64,000 nt of DNA from Anaeromyxobacter sp. (GTDB taxonomy: Bacteria; Myxococcota; Myxococcia; Myxococcales; Anaeromyxobacteraceae), in NCBI GenBank assembly GCA_049840735.1, contig JASGJN010000020.1, positions 544,001 to 608,000 of the forward strand, read 5' to 3'. How positions within the stretch are numbered: the stretch's first letter is position 1; each line of letters starts with the position of its first letter. The notes under the pieces are model-generated. The model saw nothing but the letters and a program-made list of their open reading frames with translations. It searched no databases and had not been told where the DNA came from. Of this stretch, positions 20,943 through 31,468 are shown piece after piece. Position numbers and translations under genes: made by a program.

Positions 20943-23630
20943 ATGAAACACCTGAAGCACGGAGCGGTCCTGGCGATGCTGGCGGCAGGGCTCGTGGCCT
21001 GCGGCGGCGCGGGCGGCAGCGGTTCGCAGGCGGGCGGCGGCGACGACGGGACGGTGACGGTGAGCAGCGCGACGCTCAACCCGCCCGACACCTACGTCAA
21101 CCTGTTCAAGTGGCGCTGGACCGACATCGGCAACGAGTGCACCCGGTTCATCGGCCCGGCCGGCATCGGCGCGGTGCAAATCTCCCCGCCCGCCGAGCAC
21201 AAGAACGTGAACGCCTGGTGGAACATCTACCAGCCGGTGAACCACCACGTCCTGACCAGCGACATGGGCAACGCCGGCCAGCTGCAGACCATGATCGAGG
21301 CCTGCCACGCCGCCGGCGTGCGCATCTACGCCGACGTGGTCTTCAACCAGATGGCGGTCGGCAGCGGCACGGGCGTGGGCGGCTCCTCCTTCGACTCGGG
21401 CACCCTCACCTACCCGTTCTTCTCCGCCAGCGACTTCCACCCCTACTGCGACATCAACTACTCCAGCGAGGACAACACCACCGCCTGCTGGCTGCTGGGC
21501 ATGCCCGACCTCAACACCGGCGCCTCCTACGTGCAGGGCCAGTTCCGGGCCTACCTGAACTCGCTCATCGCCATGGGCGTGGACGGCTTCCGCATCGACG
21601 CCTCCAAGCACATCAAGCCCGGTGAGCTGCAGACCATCCTGGCCGGCATGACCCAGACCACCACCCTCGGCGAGCCGGTCTTCATCACCCACGAGGTGAT
21701 CGAGGACCAGGGCTGGATCAACATGGCCGGCTACCAGGCCAGCGGCACCGTCAACGAGTTCCGCTTCGCCCGCGCCATCCGCGACGCGCTCCGCAACGAC
21801 CAGCTGTCCCAGATCACCACCTACTCCGGGACCGGCGCCGGCGGCGGCACCTACCAGCTCATCCCCAGCGACAAGGCCACCATCTTCGTGGCCAACCACG
21901 ACACCGAGCGCCACCCGACCGACTCGCTCAACTACACCAGCGACTCCGGCGGCCGCTATGACCTGGCCAACGTGTACATGCTCGGCCAGCCCTACGGCCG
22001 CGCCCAGCTGCAGTCCGGCTTCTCGTTCTCGTACGCCAACGTGGACGTGAACATGCCGAGCGCGAGCCCGTACGACGCGAGCGGCAACCCCATCTTCACC
22101 ACCACCTGCAGCAACACCTCGGCCGCCTGCGGCTGGGACTTCACCCACCGCTGGAGCACCATCTACCCGATGGTGAAGTTCCGCAGCGCTGCCGCCGGCA
22201 CGGCCATGACCGTCCGCTCCACCGGCAACGGCAACCAGATCGCCTTCAGCCGCGGCAGCGTGGGCTTCGTGGCCCTCAACAACGCCGGCTCCTCGTGGGC
22301 GCTCTCGACCGCCACCGGGCTGCAGAAGGGCACCTACTGCAACATCGTGCACGGCCTCAAGTCGGCCGACGGCAAGAGCTGCACCGCCGACTCGGTCGTG
22401 GTGGACGCGAGCGGCAACATCTCCGTCACCGTCCCGGCCCGCGGCGGCAGCGCGCTCTCCGCGGTGGCCATCTACACCGGGCAGATGATCGACGGCGTGG
22501 TGGTGATCCCCACCGCGCCCACCAACCTGTCCGGCTCGCTCTCCGGCACCTCCGCCACCCTGTCCTGGACCGCCTCGGCCGGCGCCACCAGCTACACCGT
22601 GTACCGCGCCACCGCCGCGGCCGGGCCGTTCAGCGTGGCCGGCACCAGCAACACCACCGGCTTCAGCGACGCCGGGCTCGCCGCGGCCACGGCGTACTAC
22701 TACTACGTCACCGCCTCCAACACGGCCGGCACCTCGCCCCCCTCCACCACCCTGGCGCTGAAGCCGGGGACGCCGTACACGTCCAACTACCCGACCATGC
22801 ACCTGCGCGGCACCATGAACACCTGGGGCGCGACGGCCATGGCGCTGGTGGCCAACAACACCTGGTCGGTGGACGTCACCCTGACCGCCGGCACGACCTA
22901 CCAGTACAAGTACGAGGTCGGCGGCGGGTCCACCTGGACGACGAACTGGGGCCTTTCCACCGCCTCCACCACCAGCACCACCTCCGGGACCCTGGTGCAG
23001 GGCGGCTACAACGTCTACTTCACCGCCACCGCCACCGGCGTGCACACCCTGAGCTTCAACGACGCCACGCTGGCGTACAAGGTCGTGGCCCCCACCCCGA
23101 ACCCGCCCGCGGCCCCGACCAACCTGACGGGCACGGTCTCCGGCTCCACCGTCGCGCTGACCTGGACCTCCTCGGCCGGCGCCACCAGCTACACCGTCTT
23201 CCGCGGCGCCGCCTCGGCCGGGCCGTTCACGCAGCTGGGCACCACGACCAGCACCAGCTACAACGACACCGGCGTCTCGCCCGGCACCTACTACTACGCG
23301 GTGTCGGCCTCCAACAGCGCCGGCACCTCGCCGCTCACGCCGGTCATCCCCGTGGTGGTGCCGTCCTCCGCGACCACCACCATCCGCGTCCACTACGACG
23401 TCGGCTTCGGCAACAGCGTTGCCATCCGCGGCAGCGTCTCGCCCCTCACCTGGACCAAGGGCGCGGCGGCCCAGTGGACGACCGGCAACATCTGGGTCTA
23501 CACCACGACCGACATCGCCGCCGGCACGCGGTTCGAGTACAAGCCGCTCCGGAACGACGTCACCTGGTCCACCGGCAGCAACTACGTCGGCACCGGCGGC
23601 GCCACCATGGACATCTACCCTTCGTTCTGA
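20943..23630 (+). CDS. Lipoprotein alpha-amylase (GH13) with two Fn3 domains and carbohydrate-binding modules
   Basis: Lipobox GLVAC; NLFKWRW...VQISPP, WW.IYQP, DVVFNQ, GFRIDASKH, HEVI and FVANHD. Two APTNL...W.AS.GATSY Fn3 repeats, an MHLRGTMNTW module and a C-terminal CBM20-like YDVGFGN..IRG..PLTW.KG. Confidence 0.92.
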   Translation: MKHLKHGAVLAMLAAGLVACGGAGGSGSQAGGGDDGTVTVSSATLNPPDTYVNLFKWRWTDIGNECTRFIGPAGIGAVQISPPAEHKNVNAWWNIYQPVNHHVLTSDMGNAGQLQTMIEACHAAGVRIYADVVFNQMAVGSGTGVGGSSFDSGTLTYPFFSASDFHPYCDINYSSEDNTTACWLLGMPDLNTGASYVQGQFRAYLNSLIAMGVDGFRIDASKHIKPGELQTILAGMTQTTTLGEPVFITHEVIEDQGWINMAGYQASGTVNEFRFARAIRDALRNDQLSQITTYSGTGAGGGTYQLIPSDKATIFVANHDTERHPTDSLNYTSDSGGRYDLANVYMLGQPYGRAQLQSGFSFSYANVDVNMPSASPYDASGNPIFTTTCSNTSAACGWDFTHRWSTIYPMVKFRSAAAGTAMTVRSTGNGNQIAFSRGSVGFVALNNAGSSWALSTATGLQKGTYCNIVHGLKSADGKSCTADSVVVDASGNISVTVPARGGSALSAVAIYTGQMIDGVVVIPTAPTNLSGSLSGTSATLSWTASAGATSYTVYRATAAAGPFSVAGTSNTTGFSDAGLAAATAYYYYVTASNTAGTSPPSTTLALKPGTPYTSNYPTMHLRGTMNTWGATAMALVANNTWSVDVTLTAGTTYQYKYEVGGGSTWTTNWGLSTASTTSTTSGTLVQGGYNVYFTATATGVHTLSFNDATLAYKVVAPTPNPPAAPTNLTGTVSGSTVALTWTSSAGATSYTVFRGAASAGPFTQLGTTTSTSYNDTGVSPGTYYYAVSASNSAGTSPLTPVIPVVVPSSATTTIRVHYDVGFGNSVAIRGSVSPLTWTKGAAAQWTTGNIWVYTTTDIAAGTRFEYKPLRNDVTWSTGSNYVGTGGATMDIYPSF

Positions 23631-23653
23631 TCCCGGCCCCAGGGCTGGACGCG

Positions 23654-23683
23654 AACGGCCTCCGCCTCCGGGCGGGGGCCGTT
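23654..23683 (+). terminator. Probable intrinsic terminator after the alpha-amylase
   Basis: aacggcctccgcc-tccg-ggcgggggccgtt hairpin, about 25 nt after the stop. Confidence 0.45.
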
Positions 23684-23845
23684 CCATTTGCTGGCGCCTC
23701 CCCGGCAGGCGTCCGGCCCTGGGAGAGGCGGGTCCGCCGCCGCCCTGACCCGCGGTCCACCCCCCGGTGGGCCTCCCCTTTCACCGCCTGCGCTCGCCGC
23801 GCTATGCAGGTGGGGTCGCTGCGCCCAGCCGCGCGGGACCGGGTG

Positions 23846-25471
23846 ATGGAATACACCGAAGCGACCCCTGGCGCCCGGACGGGCGCCACGACGAGCGGCC
23901 TCGACGCCGAGGGCGCCCTCCATTTCCTCGCCGGCATCCTCGACGCCCTGCCCAACCCGGTCTTCGTGAAGGACGAGCGCCACCGCTTCGTCCTCGTGAA
24001 CGACCTGCTCTGCCAGCTGCTGGGCCGGGCGCGCCCGGATCTGCTGGGCCGCAGCGACCCGGAGTTCTTCCCCGCCGAGGAGGTGGAGGTCTTCTGGCGC
24101 CAGGACGACCTGGTCTTCACCACCGGCGAGGTCAACGAGAACGAGGAGGCCTTCACCGACGCCTGGGGCACGTCCCACGTCATCCTCACCCGCAAGACGC
24201 TCTACGTGGACCCGGGCGGGCGGCGCTACCTGGTCGGCGTCATCACCGACATCACTGAGCGCAAGCACCACGAGGAGGAGCTGGTCCGCACCCGCGACGC
24301 GCTGGAGTCGAGGGTGGCCCAGCGCACCGGCGAGCTGCGGCGCGCCAACGACCGGCTCCGCCGCGCGGACCAGCACAAGGACGAGTTCCTGGCGGTGCTC
24401 TCTCACGAGCTCCGCAACCCGCTGGCCCCGGTGCGGAACGCGCTCTGGCTGCTCGACCACGCGGGGCCCGGCAGCCCGGAGGCGTCCCGCGCCCGCGAGA
24501 CCATCGGCCGCCAGGTGCTCCACCTGACCCGGCTCATCGACGACCTGCTGGACGTGACCCGCATCTCGCGCGGCAAGATCCTGCTGCAGCGCGGGCGGCT
24601 CGACCTGGTGGACCTGGTGCGGCGCACCGCCGAGGATCACCGGCCGCTCTTCTCCGCCCGGCAGGTGCGGCTGGAGGTGGCGGCCGGCGCCCTGCCCATC
24701 TGGGTGGACGCCGACGGCACCCGCGTCGCGCAGGTGGTCGGGAACCTGCTCACCAACGCGGCCAAGTTCGCGCAGCCCGCCACCGGGGTGCAGGTCGCCG
24801 TGGCCCGCGAGCCCGGCGGCAGCGCCGAGGTCCGCGTGCGGGATCAAGGGGTGGGCATCGAGCCGGCCTTCCTCTCCCGCCTCTTCGAGCCCTTCATGCA
24901 GGCCGACGCCACGCTGCACCGCACGCGCGGCGGGCTGGGGCTGGGCCTCTCGCTGGTGAAGGGGCTGGTGGAGCTGCACGGCGGGACCGTCTCGGCCCGC
25001 AGCGACGGCCCGGGCCAGGGGGCGGAGTTCACGGTCCGGATCCCGCTCGCGCCGGAGGCGCCGGCGCTCGACCGCGCCCCGCCGCGCCAGCCCGCCGACA
25101 CGAGCCCGCGCCGCCGCGTGCTGGTGGTGGAGGACAACGCCGACGCGGCCGAGACCCTCTGCGAGATGCTGGACGTCTGGGGTCACGAGGTGGCCCTGGC
25201 ACGCGACGGCCGGGCCGGGCTGGGGCTGGCGCGCAGCTTCCGGCCCGACCTGATCCTCTGCGACATCGGCCTGCCGGAGCTGGACGGCTACGAGGTGGCC
25301 CGCGCCATCCGCGCCGACCCGGCGCTGGCCGGCACGTTCCTGGTGGCCCTGACCGGCTACGCCTCGCCGGAGGACCAGCGCAAGGCGGCGGACGCGGGGT
25401 TCCACCGGCACCTGGCCAAGCCGGTGCCGATCGACGTCATCGAGGAGGTGCTGGCGACGGCGCCGCGGTAG
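23846..25471 (+). CDS. PAS-domain hybrid sensor histidine kinase/response regulator
   Basis: PAS (PNPVFVKD), H-box LSHELRNPL, NLLTNAAKF, DQGVGI, GGLGLGL and receiver VEDN...CDIGLP.LDG...KP. Confidence 0.92.
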   Translation: MEYTEATPGARTGATTSGLDAEGALHFLAGILDALPNPVFVKDERHRFVLVNDLLCQLLGRARPDLLGRSDPEFFPAEEVEVFWRQDDLVFTTGEVNENEEAFTDAWGTSHVILTRKTLYVDPGGRRYLVGVITDITERKHHEEELVRTRDALESRVAQRTGELRRANDRLRRADQHKDEFLAVLSHELRNPLAPVRNALWLLDHAGPGSPEASRARETIGRQVLHLTRLIDDLLDVTRISRGKILLQRGRLDLVDLVRRTAEDHRPLFSARQVRLEVAAGALPIWVDADGTRVAQVVGNLLTNAAKFAQPATGVQVAVAREPGGSAEVRVRDQGVGIEPAFLSRLFEPFMQADATLHRTRGGLGLGLSLVKGLVELHGGTVSARSDGPGQGAEFTVRIPLAPEAPALDRAPPRQPADTSPRRRVLVVEDNADAAETLCEMLDVWGHEVALARDGRAGLGLARSFRPDLILCDIGLPELDGYEVARAIRADPALAGTFLVALTGYASPEDQRKAADAGFHRHLAKPVPIDVIEEVLATAPR

Positions 25472-25557
25472 CGGCTGAGGGCACCTGCCGCCGCGCCGCA
25501 CCCCCGTTCGTCCTGAGCGGATGGTGAACGACGGCGGGGTCCGCTTGCTGGCCGCGC

Positions 25558-26190
25558 TCAGCCCCCCTGCATCCAGCGCTTCATGGCCGGGACCACCGTG
25601 CGGCCCCAGGCCGGCGTGGCCCGGACCTCCAGGAAGGCCTCCACCAGCGCGTCCACGAAGCCGGACAGCTGCTCCGCCAGCGCCAGCCGCTCCAGCACCC
25701 GGTCGTCCTCGGCCTCGGCCAGGAGCTCGGGCAGCTTGGCCGAGCGCACGTCGAGGAACTCGGCGTCGAGCGTGGCCTCGAAGACCCGCTCGCCGTGGGT
25801 GAGCCTGAGCCGCGCCTGGTGGACCAGCAGCCCGGCGTCGATGGCGCGGCGGACCTGCTCGGCGTAGGGCGCCTCGGTGCCGCGCGCGGTCAGCTCCACC
25901 ACGTCGCCGGCGATGCCCCGCAGCGCCAGCTTGCCGGTGAACAGCACCACCAGCCCGGCCCCGTCCACCTCCACCAGCGGCTCGCCCTCCTCCGACCGCC
26001 AGAGCAGCCAGGTGAGCCACTCGCGGCCCAGCCAGGTGCGCCCGCGCAGCAGCGCCTCGCGCGCCTTGCCGCGCTCCACCTCGGCCTGGTCCTGCTCCGC
26101 CTCCGTGGCCTGGCCGTCCACGCCCACGTCGCCGCGGAGGAAGGCCGCCTCGGCCCGCGCCCCGCCCCGCCCGCCCTCAGCCCTCGCCAC
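25558..26190 (-). CDS. RdgC-like protein (second of the pair)
   Basis: LGREWLTWLLWRSE motif, typical of the deltaproteobacterial RdgC-associated hypothetical protein. Overlaps the upstream gene. Confidence 0.55.
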   Translation of the reverse strand: MARAEGGRGGARAEAAFLRGDVGVDGQATEAEQDQAEVERGKAREALLRGRTWLGREWLTWLLWRSEEGEPLVEVDGAGLVVLFTGKLALRGIAGDVVELTARGTEAPYAEQVRRAIDAGLLVHQARLRLTHGERVFEATLDAEFLDVRSAKLPELLAEAEDDRVLERLALAEQLSGFVDALVEAFLEVRATPAWGRTVVPAMKRWMQGG

Positions 26191-26806
26191 GGACCACCTC
26201 CTTCGCCCCCAGGCCGACCAGCGCCGGGGTGGGCCCCAGGGCCGACTCCGGCAGCCGGGCCAGCGTGGCCGCCGCGCCCGGCGTGCAGGGCTGCAGCTCC
26301 ACCTTGAGCGCCTCCTCCAGCGCGGCCACGATCTCCTCCACCACCTTGCGCGAGGCGGCCCAGACCGCCACCTGCCCGGTGTCCAGGTTCCAGCTCAGGT
26401 CGTAGGTCTTGCTCACCGGCGGCGTCTTGCTGCGCAGCGCAGCGCGGATGGCGTCCTTGCGCGCCGCCTTCTCCCCGCGGGTGGCCGGCCGGCCCTTCTC
26501 CGCCTCGTGGGCCTGCTGCCAGCGCCCCAGCTCCGCCTTGACCGCCGCGCCGGGGATCTTCACCGCGTCCACGCGCCAGGCCACCAGCAGGTGGTCGCCG
26601 GTGAGCGTGTCGCCGCCGAAGCCGGTGGCGTCGGCGTCCTCCAGCTCCACGAAGCCGGCGGCGCGCTCCTCGTCGCCGCGGGCCGGGTCGAGCGGCTCGA
26701 AGGCCTTCTTGCGCAGGCCCTGGGTCAGCCAGCGCTTGACGTCGCCGCGCGGGCGGGCGCCCGCCTTGAAGCGGGCGAAGGTGACGGAACCGCCGAGGAT
26801 GGGCAT
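26177..26806 (-). CDS. RdgC-like recombination-associated protein
   Basis: GSVTFARF, AFEPLD...AAGFV, WRVDAVKIP and K..K..IR..L....PP resemble the RdgC N-terminal part. Confidence 0.65.
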   Translation of the reverse strand: MPILGGSVTFARFKAGARPRGDVKRWLTQGLRKKAFEPLDPARGDEERAAGFVELEDADATGFGGDTLTGDHLLVAWRVDAVKIPGAAVKAELGRWQQAHEAEKGRPATRGEKAARKDAIRAALRSKTPPVSKTYDLSWNLDTGQVAVWAASRKVVEEIVAALEEALKVELQPCTPGAAATLARLPESALGPTPALVGLGAKEVVRGEG

Positions 26807-26858
26807 AGGGGGCGGCACCATGACCGGGACGGCGGCGCCGGTCAAGGGGCGGCGGCGC

Positions 26859-28496
26859 CTACCAGGGAGCCGGCCGGTAGTCCTTGTAGAACAGGCCCGC
26901 CGCGTGGCGGCCGCTGGCGAACCCCTCGAAGATGGGCGCCACGATCCGGGCCGCGCCGTCCACGATGTCGAGCGGCGGGGAGAACCCGTGCTCCTCCACC
27001 TTGCGCGCCGCCAGGTGGGCCGGGTCCTCGTCGGTCACCCAGCCGGTGTCCACCGCGTTGAGGTGGATGCCGTCCTTGGCGAGGTCCGGCGCGCTGGTCC
27101 GGACCAGCATGTTGAGCGCCGCCTTGGCCATGTTGGTGTGCGGGTGCCGGTCGGTCTTGTGCTCCCGGTAGAACTGCCCCTCCATGGCCGAGACCATCAC
27201 CACGTGGCGGGCGGCGTCGGCGCTGGTGGCCGTCCCCGGCGGCGGGGTGGCCGAGCGCAGCATGAGGGGCTTCAGCCGCGAGGCCATCACGAAGGGCGCG
27301 GTGGCGTTGACCAGCAGCACCTCCAGCAGCTCGAGCGTGGGGACCTCGTGCAGCGCCAGGCGCCAGGAGTTGTGCGTGCGCAGGTCCAGCTGCTGCAGGT
27401 CCTGATCCAGCACGCCGTGCGGGAAGAGCTCCAGCGCGGCCTTGCCGGGCAGGAGCAGGTCCGCGTCGCTGGCGGCCTGGGTGAGCAGGGCCGGGCTGGC
27501 CACGCCCGGCGCGGCCCGCGCGGCGCGCAGCTCGGCCCGCAGCGCCTCGTAGCCGGCCAGCAGCGGCCGCAGCGGCTCGGGGACGTCGCCGGCCGGCCCC
27601 TCCTCCCGCTCCACCAGGTGGGCGTAGAAGCCCGGCGGCCGCCGCACCGTCTGGCAGGCGTTGTGGAGCTGGAAGTCGAGGCGCGGCAGCGTGGTCTCCA
27701 GCCGGTGGCAGAGCAGCTCCACGCTGGGCGTGTGGCGCAGGTCCACGCCGTGGAGGGTGAGCCGGTCGCGCCAGGCCTCGAAGTCCGGCTCGCGCGCGTA
27801 GCGGGCCGCGGCGTCGCGGGGGAAGCGGGTGCAGGCCACCACCGCGCAGCCGGCGCGCAGCAGCAGGATGGCCGCCTGGTAGCCGATCTTGACCCGGGCC
27901 CCGGTCACCAGCGCCACCCGCCCGCGCAGGTCCACGGTGGCGGTGCGGCGGGCGAAGCTCTCCTCGCCGCAGGGCGGGCAGAGCTGGTCGTAGAACGGGT
28001 GCAGGCGGCGGTAGGGCTGCTTGCAGACGTAGCACTTGCGCGGCTCGCGCAGCTCCGGCCCGCCCGCGTCCGCCGGCGCCCCCTGCCGCCCCGGCGCCTC
28101 GGCCCCGGGCAGGAGCCGCGGCCACCAGCCGGACGCGTCGGTGCCGGCCGGCGGCAGCTCCGGGAGCGGCGTCTCGAACACCGGGGCGCGGCGCAGCTGC
28201 TGGATGCCGGTGGCCCGGCGCAGCGCCTCGTCCTCCTCCCGGACCGCGTCGCGCTCCGCCCGGCCCAGCGCCTTGCGCAGCTTGCGCCGCTGCACCACGT
28301 CCGGGCCGGCCACCTCGCCCGCCAGCCGCTGCAGCCGGGTCCGCGTGGCCGCGTCCACCTGGGCCAGCAGCCCGCGATCCGCCGCCACCGCCGCCAGGAC
28401 CTCCACCGCGGCGGCGATCTGGCCTGCACCCACCGGGATCTCCCCCGGCAGGCCGCCCACCTCCGCCTCGACTGGCCCTCGCTCGTCACCCGGCAT
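26859..28496 (-). CDS. SDR-family oxidoreductase with an N-terminal Cys4 zinc-ribbon
   Basis: CYVC...FYDQLCPPC, ALVTGARVKIG, VSAMEGQF, HPHTNMAKAALNM and NAVDTGWVTDE. Confidence 0.85.
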   Translation of the reverse strand: MPGDERGPVEAEVGGLPGEIPVGAGQIAAAVEVLAAVAADRGLLAQVDAATRTRLQRLAGEVAGPDVVQRRKLRKALGRAERDAVREEDEALRRATGIQQLRRAPVFETPLPELPPAGTDASGWWPRLLPGAEAPGRQGAPADAGGPELREPRKCYVCKQPYRRLHPFYDQLCPPCGEESFARRTATVDLRGRVALVTGARVKIGYQAAILLLRAGCAVVACTRFPRDAAARYAREPDFEAWRDRLTLHGVDLRHTPSVELLCHRLETTLPRLDFQLHNACQTVRRPPGFYAHLVEREEGPAGDVPEPLRPLLAGYEALRAELRAARAAPGVASPALLTQAASDADLLLPGKAALELFPHGVLDQDLQQLDLRTHNSWRLALHEVPTLELLEVLLVNATAPFVMASRLKPLMLRSATPPPGTATSADAARHVVMVSAMEGQFYREHKTDRHPHTNMAKAALNMLVRTSAPDLAKDGIHLNAVDTGWVTDEDPAHLAARKVEEHGFSPPLDIVDGAARIVAPIFEGFASGRHAAGLFYKDYRPAPW

Positions 28497-28559
28497 GCGG
28501 GACCTTCCTACCCTGGGAAGGCCCGTCCTGCCCAGGGGCGGGAGGGCTACACTGGCCCC

Positions 28560-29066
28560 ATGTCCAAGGCGTTCACCAGCGAGGAGACGCCCGAGAGCGT
28601 CCCGGTGGTGCGGCCGCCGCCCCGGCTGCGCCCGGGCGAGGTGCGCTACGTCACGCCGGAGGGGCAAGCGGCCCTCACCGCCGCCCGCGCCCACCTGGCC
28701 GCGGCGCGCGCGGAGGCGCTGCGCCTGGCCGAGCCGGAGCGCGCCGCGCGCCTGGCCGAGCTGGACGCCCGGCTGGCGGCCGCGGACGGCACCCTGGCCG
28801 CGCTGACCGTGCTGGGTCCGACCGGCCCCGAGGACCAGGTCGGGTTCGGGAGCTGGGTCACCGTGGAGAACGAGGCCGGCCAGCGCACCACCTGGCGCAT
28901 CGTGGGGCCGGACGAGGCCGACGCCCGCCGGGGCTCCATCAGCGCCGAGGCCCCGGTCGCCCGGGCGCTCCTCGGGCGCGAGGCCGGAGATGAGGTCGAG
29001 GTCCAGCGACCAGGAGGGTCCCGGACCCTGCGGGTGGTCGAGGTGCGGCGCACGGTGCCGGCGTGA
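28560..29066 (+). CDS. GreA/GreB-family elongation factor
   Basis: MSKAFTSE, YVTPEG, VGFGSWVTV, IVGPDEAD...IS..APVARALLG. Confidence 0.85.
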   Translation: MSKAFTSEETPESVPVVRPPPRLRPGEVRYVTPEGQAALTAARAHLAAARAEALRLAEPERAARLAELDARLAAADGTLAALTVLGPTGPEDQVGFGSWVTVENEAGQRTTWRIVGPDEADARRGSISAEAPVARALLGREAGDEVEVQRPGGSRTLRVVEVRRTVPA

Positions 29067-29184
29067 GCCCGGCCGGCGCGGAGAGCAGGAAACCGGCACA
29101 GGTCAAGCAGATCCGATGGGCGCGCACGGGTGCCGCAGGCTGTGCAAGGCGGCCGCACCGGCGTAAGGTGCGTCTGGATCCCGA

Positions 29185-30222
29185 ATGCCCCCGCCCCCTC
29201 CTGCGAGCAAGCCCGCCGCCTCGCGGCGCCCCGCGGTCATGGCCGACGTCGCCAAGCTGGCCGGCGTCTCCCACCAGACCGTGTCGCGCGTGCTGCACGA
29301 CAGCCCCTACGTCCGCCCCGACACGCGGGAGCGGGTGCTGCGCGCCATCCGGCAGCTCGACTACCGGCCCAACCTCGCCGCCCAGGCGCTGGTCACCGGG
29401 CGGACGCGCACGCTGGGCGTGGTGAGCTTCGACTCCAGCCTCTACGGCCCCGCCTCGACGCTGGTGGGCATCGAGGAGGCCGCCCACCAGGCCGGCTACG
29501 GCGTCACCATCGCCAGCCTCAAGTCGCTCCACCGGGCGGCGGTGCTGGGCGCGGTGCAGCGGCTGCACGACCAGGGCGTGGACGGGGTGGTGGTCATCGC
29601 GCCGGTCCGCTCCACCGTGGAGGCGCTGCGCCACGTCCCGGAGCACGCGCTGGTGGTGGCGGTGGAGGCCGGCCCGGAGGACTCGGTGCCGGTGGTGGCG
29701 GTGGACCAGCACGCCGGCGCGGTGGCGGCCACCCAGCACCTGCTGGACCTGGGCCACGCCACGGTCTGGCACCTGGCGGGCCCGTCGGAGTACCTCGAGG
29801 CCGACCAGCGGCTGGAGGCCTGGCGCTGCACGCTGGAGGCGGCCGGCCGGCGCATCCCGCCGGTGCTGCGCGGCGACTGGAGCGCCCGCTCCGGCTACGA
29901 GCTGGGCGAGCGGCTGCTGGAGGCCGCCGACCTCACCGCCGTCTTCGTGGCCAACGACCAGATGGCGCTGGGGCTGCTGCGGCGGCTGCACGAGGCCGGC
30001 CGGCGCATCCCGCGAGACATCAGCGTGGTCGGGTTCGACGACATCCCGGAGGCGGCCTACTTCACGCCCCCGCTCACCACCGTCCGCCAGGACTTCGCCG
30101 AGGTGGGGCGCCGCAGCCTGCACCTCTTGCTGGCGCAGCTGGGCCAGGGCGGCCGGCAGTGGTCGCGCGTGGTGGTCGCGCCGGAGCTGGTGGTGCGGGG
30201 GTCGAGCGCCAGGCCGGGGTAG
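29185..30222 (+). CDS. LacI-family transcriptional regulator
   Basis: MADVAKLAGVSHQTVSRV HTH, YRPN..A, NDQMALG, SVVGFDD, PPLTTVRQ. Confidence 0.93.
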   Translation: MPPPPPASKPAASRRPAVMADVAKLAGVSHQTVSRVLHDSPYVRPDTRERVLRAIRQLDYRPNLAAQALVTGRTRTLGVVSFDSSLYGPASTLVGIEEAAHQAGYGVTIASLKSLHRAAVLGAVQRLHDQGVDGVVVIAPVRSTVEALRHVPEHALVVAVEAGPEDSVPVVAVDQHAGAVAATQHLLDLGHATVWHLAGPSEYLEADQRLEAWRCTLEAAGRRIPPVLRGDWSARSGYELGERLLEAADLTAVFVANDQMALGLLRRLHEAGRRIPRDISVVGFDDIPEAAYFTPPLTTVRQDFAEVGRRSLHLLLAQLGQGGRQWSRVVVAPELVVRGSSARPG

Positions 30223-30227
30223 CGCCT

Positions 30228-30274
30228 CTTCGACTTCGCGAGCCCCGCGGGCTCGCCACGCTCAGGACGAACGG
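30228..30274. repeat. REP-like palindromic repeat, family A (CTTCGAC-[hairpin]-GCTCAG-CGAACGG)
   Basis: Same flanks at 48429-48474, 57124-57171, 57207-57253, 57264-57312 and 62946-62991. Confidence 0.8.
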
Positions 30275-30301
30275 ATCGCGTCGACGCAGGGGCGCCGGTC
30301 C

Positions 30302-31468
30302 TCAGGCGTCCGCCAGCGCCCGCTCGGCGATCAGCGTCAGCTCCGCCTCGGTGAGCGCCACCGGGTTGGCCTTCATGCTGCTGGCCGCCCTGGCGCGGGC
30401 CACCAGCGCCGGCACCTCGGCCGGTGGCAGCCCCAGCGAGGCCAGCCCGCGCACGCCCAGCGCGCGGCAGAGGCCGGCGATCCAGGCGATGCCCTCCTCC
30501 GGCGCCTCCAGCGGGCGGCCGGTGAGCCAGGCCGCCACCTCGGCCAGCCGCGCCAGCGCCGGGTGCGCCGGGGCGCGGGCCCGCAGCGCGGCCAGGTTCA
30601 CCTCCAGGCAAGGCACCAGCAGCGCCGCGCACAGGGCGCCGTGCGGCGCGTCCAGCATCCCGCCGGCCGGGCCGGCGAAGCCGTGGACCGCCCCCAGCCC
30701 GGCGTTGGCCAGGCACAGGCCGCCGAACAGGCTGGTCAGGGCCAGGTCCTCGCGCGCCGCCGCGTCCGGCCCGTCCAGCACGGCCCGGCGCAGCGCGCGG
30801 GCCGAGCGGCGGATGCCGTCCGCCGCCAGCGCGTCGGTGAACGGGTTGGCCCGCGCCGAGAGGTAGGGCTCCAGCACCTGCGTGAAGGCGTCCAGGCCGC
30901 TCGAGGCCATCACGGAGCGCGGCGCCCCGGCCAGCAGGTCCGGGTCCACCACCGCCACCCGCGGCAGCAGCAGCGGGCTGCGCAGGCTCACCTTCACGCC
31001 CGCCTCCGGCACGCCCAGCACCGCGTTGCGGGTCACCTCCGAGCCGGTCCCGGCGGTGGTGGGCAGCGCCACCAGCGGCAGCACCGGCCCCTGCAGCGGC
31101 AGGCCCTTCCCCACCACCTCCAGGTGCTCGTAGGGATTGGCGCCGCCGGCCAGCCCCGCCACCGCCTTGCCCGCGTCCAGCGCGCTCCCGCCGCCGATGG
31201 CCACCACGCCGTCGCACTTCTCCCCGGCGGCCAGCGCCACGCCCTCCAGCACGGACGCGACGGTCGGCTCGCCCGCCACGCGGAAGGGGATCACCACCAG
31301 CCCCCTGGCCTCCAGCCCCGCCTGCAGCGCCGCGGCGCGGGCGGGCGTGCGGCCGGTCACCAGCAGCGCGCGGCGGACGCCCAGCGCCGCCACCTCGGCC
31401 GGCGCCTCGGCGGCCTTGCCGGCCCCGAAGACGATCCGGGCCGGGGTGTGCAGCTCGAAGCTCACCAT
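30302..31468 (-). CDS. Iron-containing alcohol dehydrogenase
   Basis: [40 protein letters not shown] and PHG. Confidence 0.93.
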   Translation of the reverse strand: MVSFELHTPARIVFGAGKAAEAPAEVAALGVRRALLVTGRTPARAAALQAGLEARGLVVIPFRVAGEPTVASVLEGVALAAGEKCDGVVAIGGGSALDAGKAVAGLAGGANPYEHLEVVGKGLPLQGPVLPLVALPTTAGTGSEVTRNAVLGVPEAGVKVSLRSPLLLPRVAVVDPDLLAGAPRSVMASSGLDAFTQVLEPYLSARANPFTDALAADGIRRSARALRRAVLDGPDAAAREDLALTSLFGGLCLANAGLGAVHGFAGPAGGMLDAPHGALCAALLVPCLEVNLAALRARAPAHPALARLAEVAAWLTGRPLEAPEEGIAWIAGLCRALGVRGLASLGLPPAEVPALVARARAASSMKANPVALTEAELTLIAERALADA

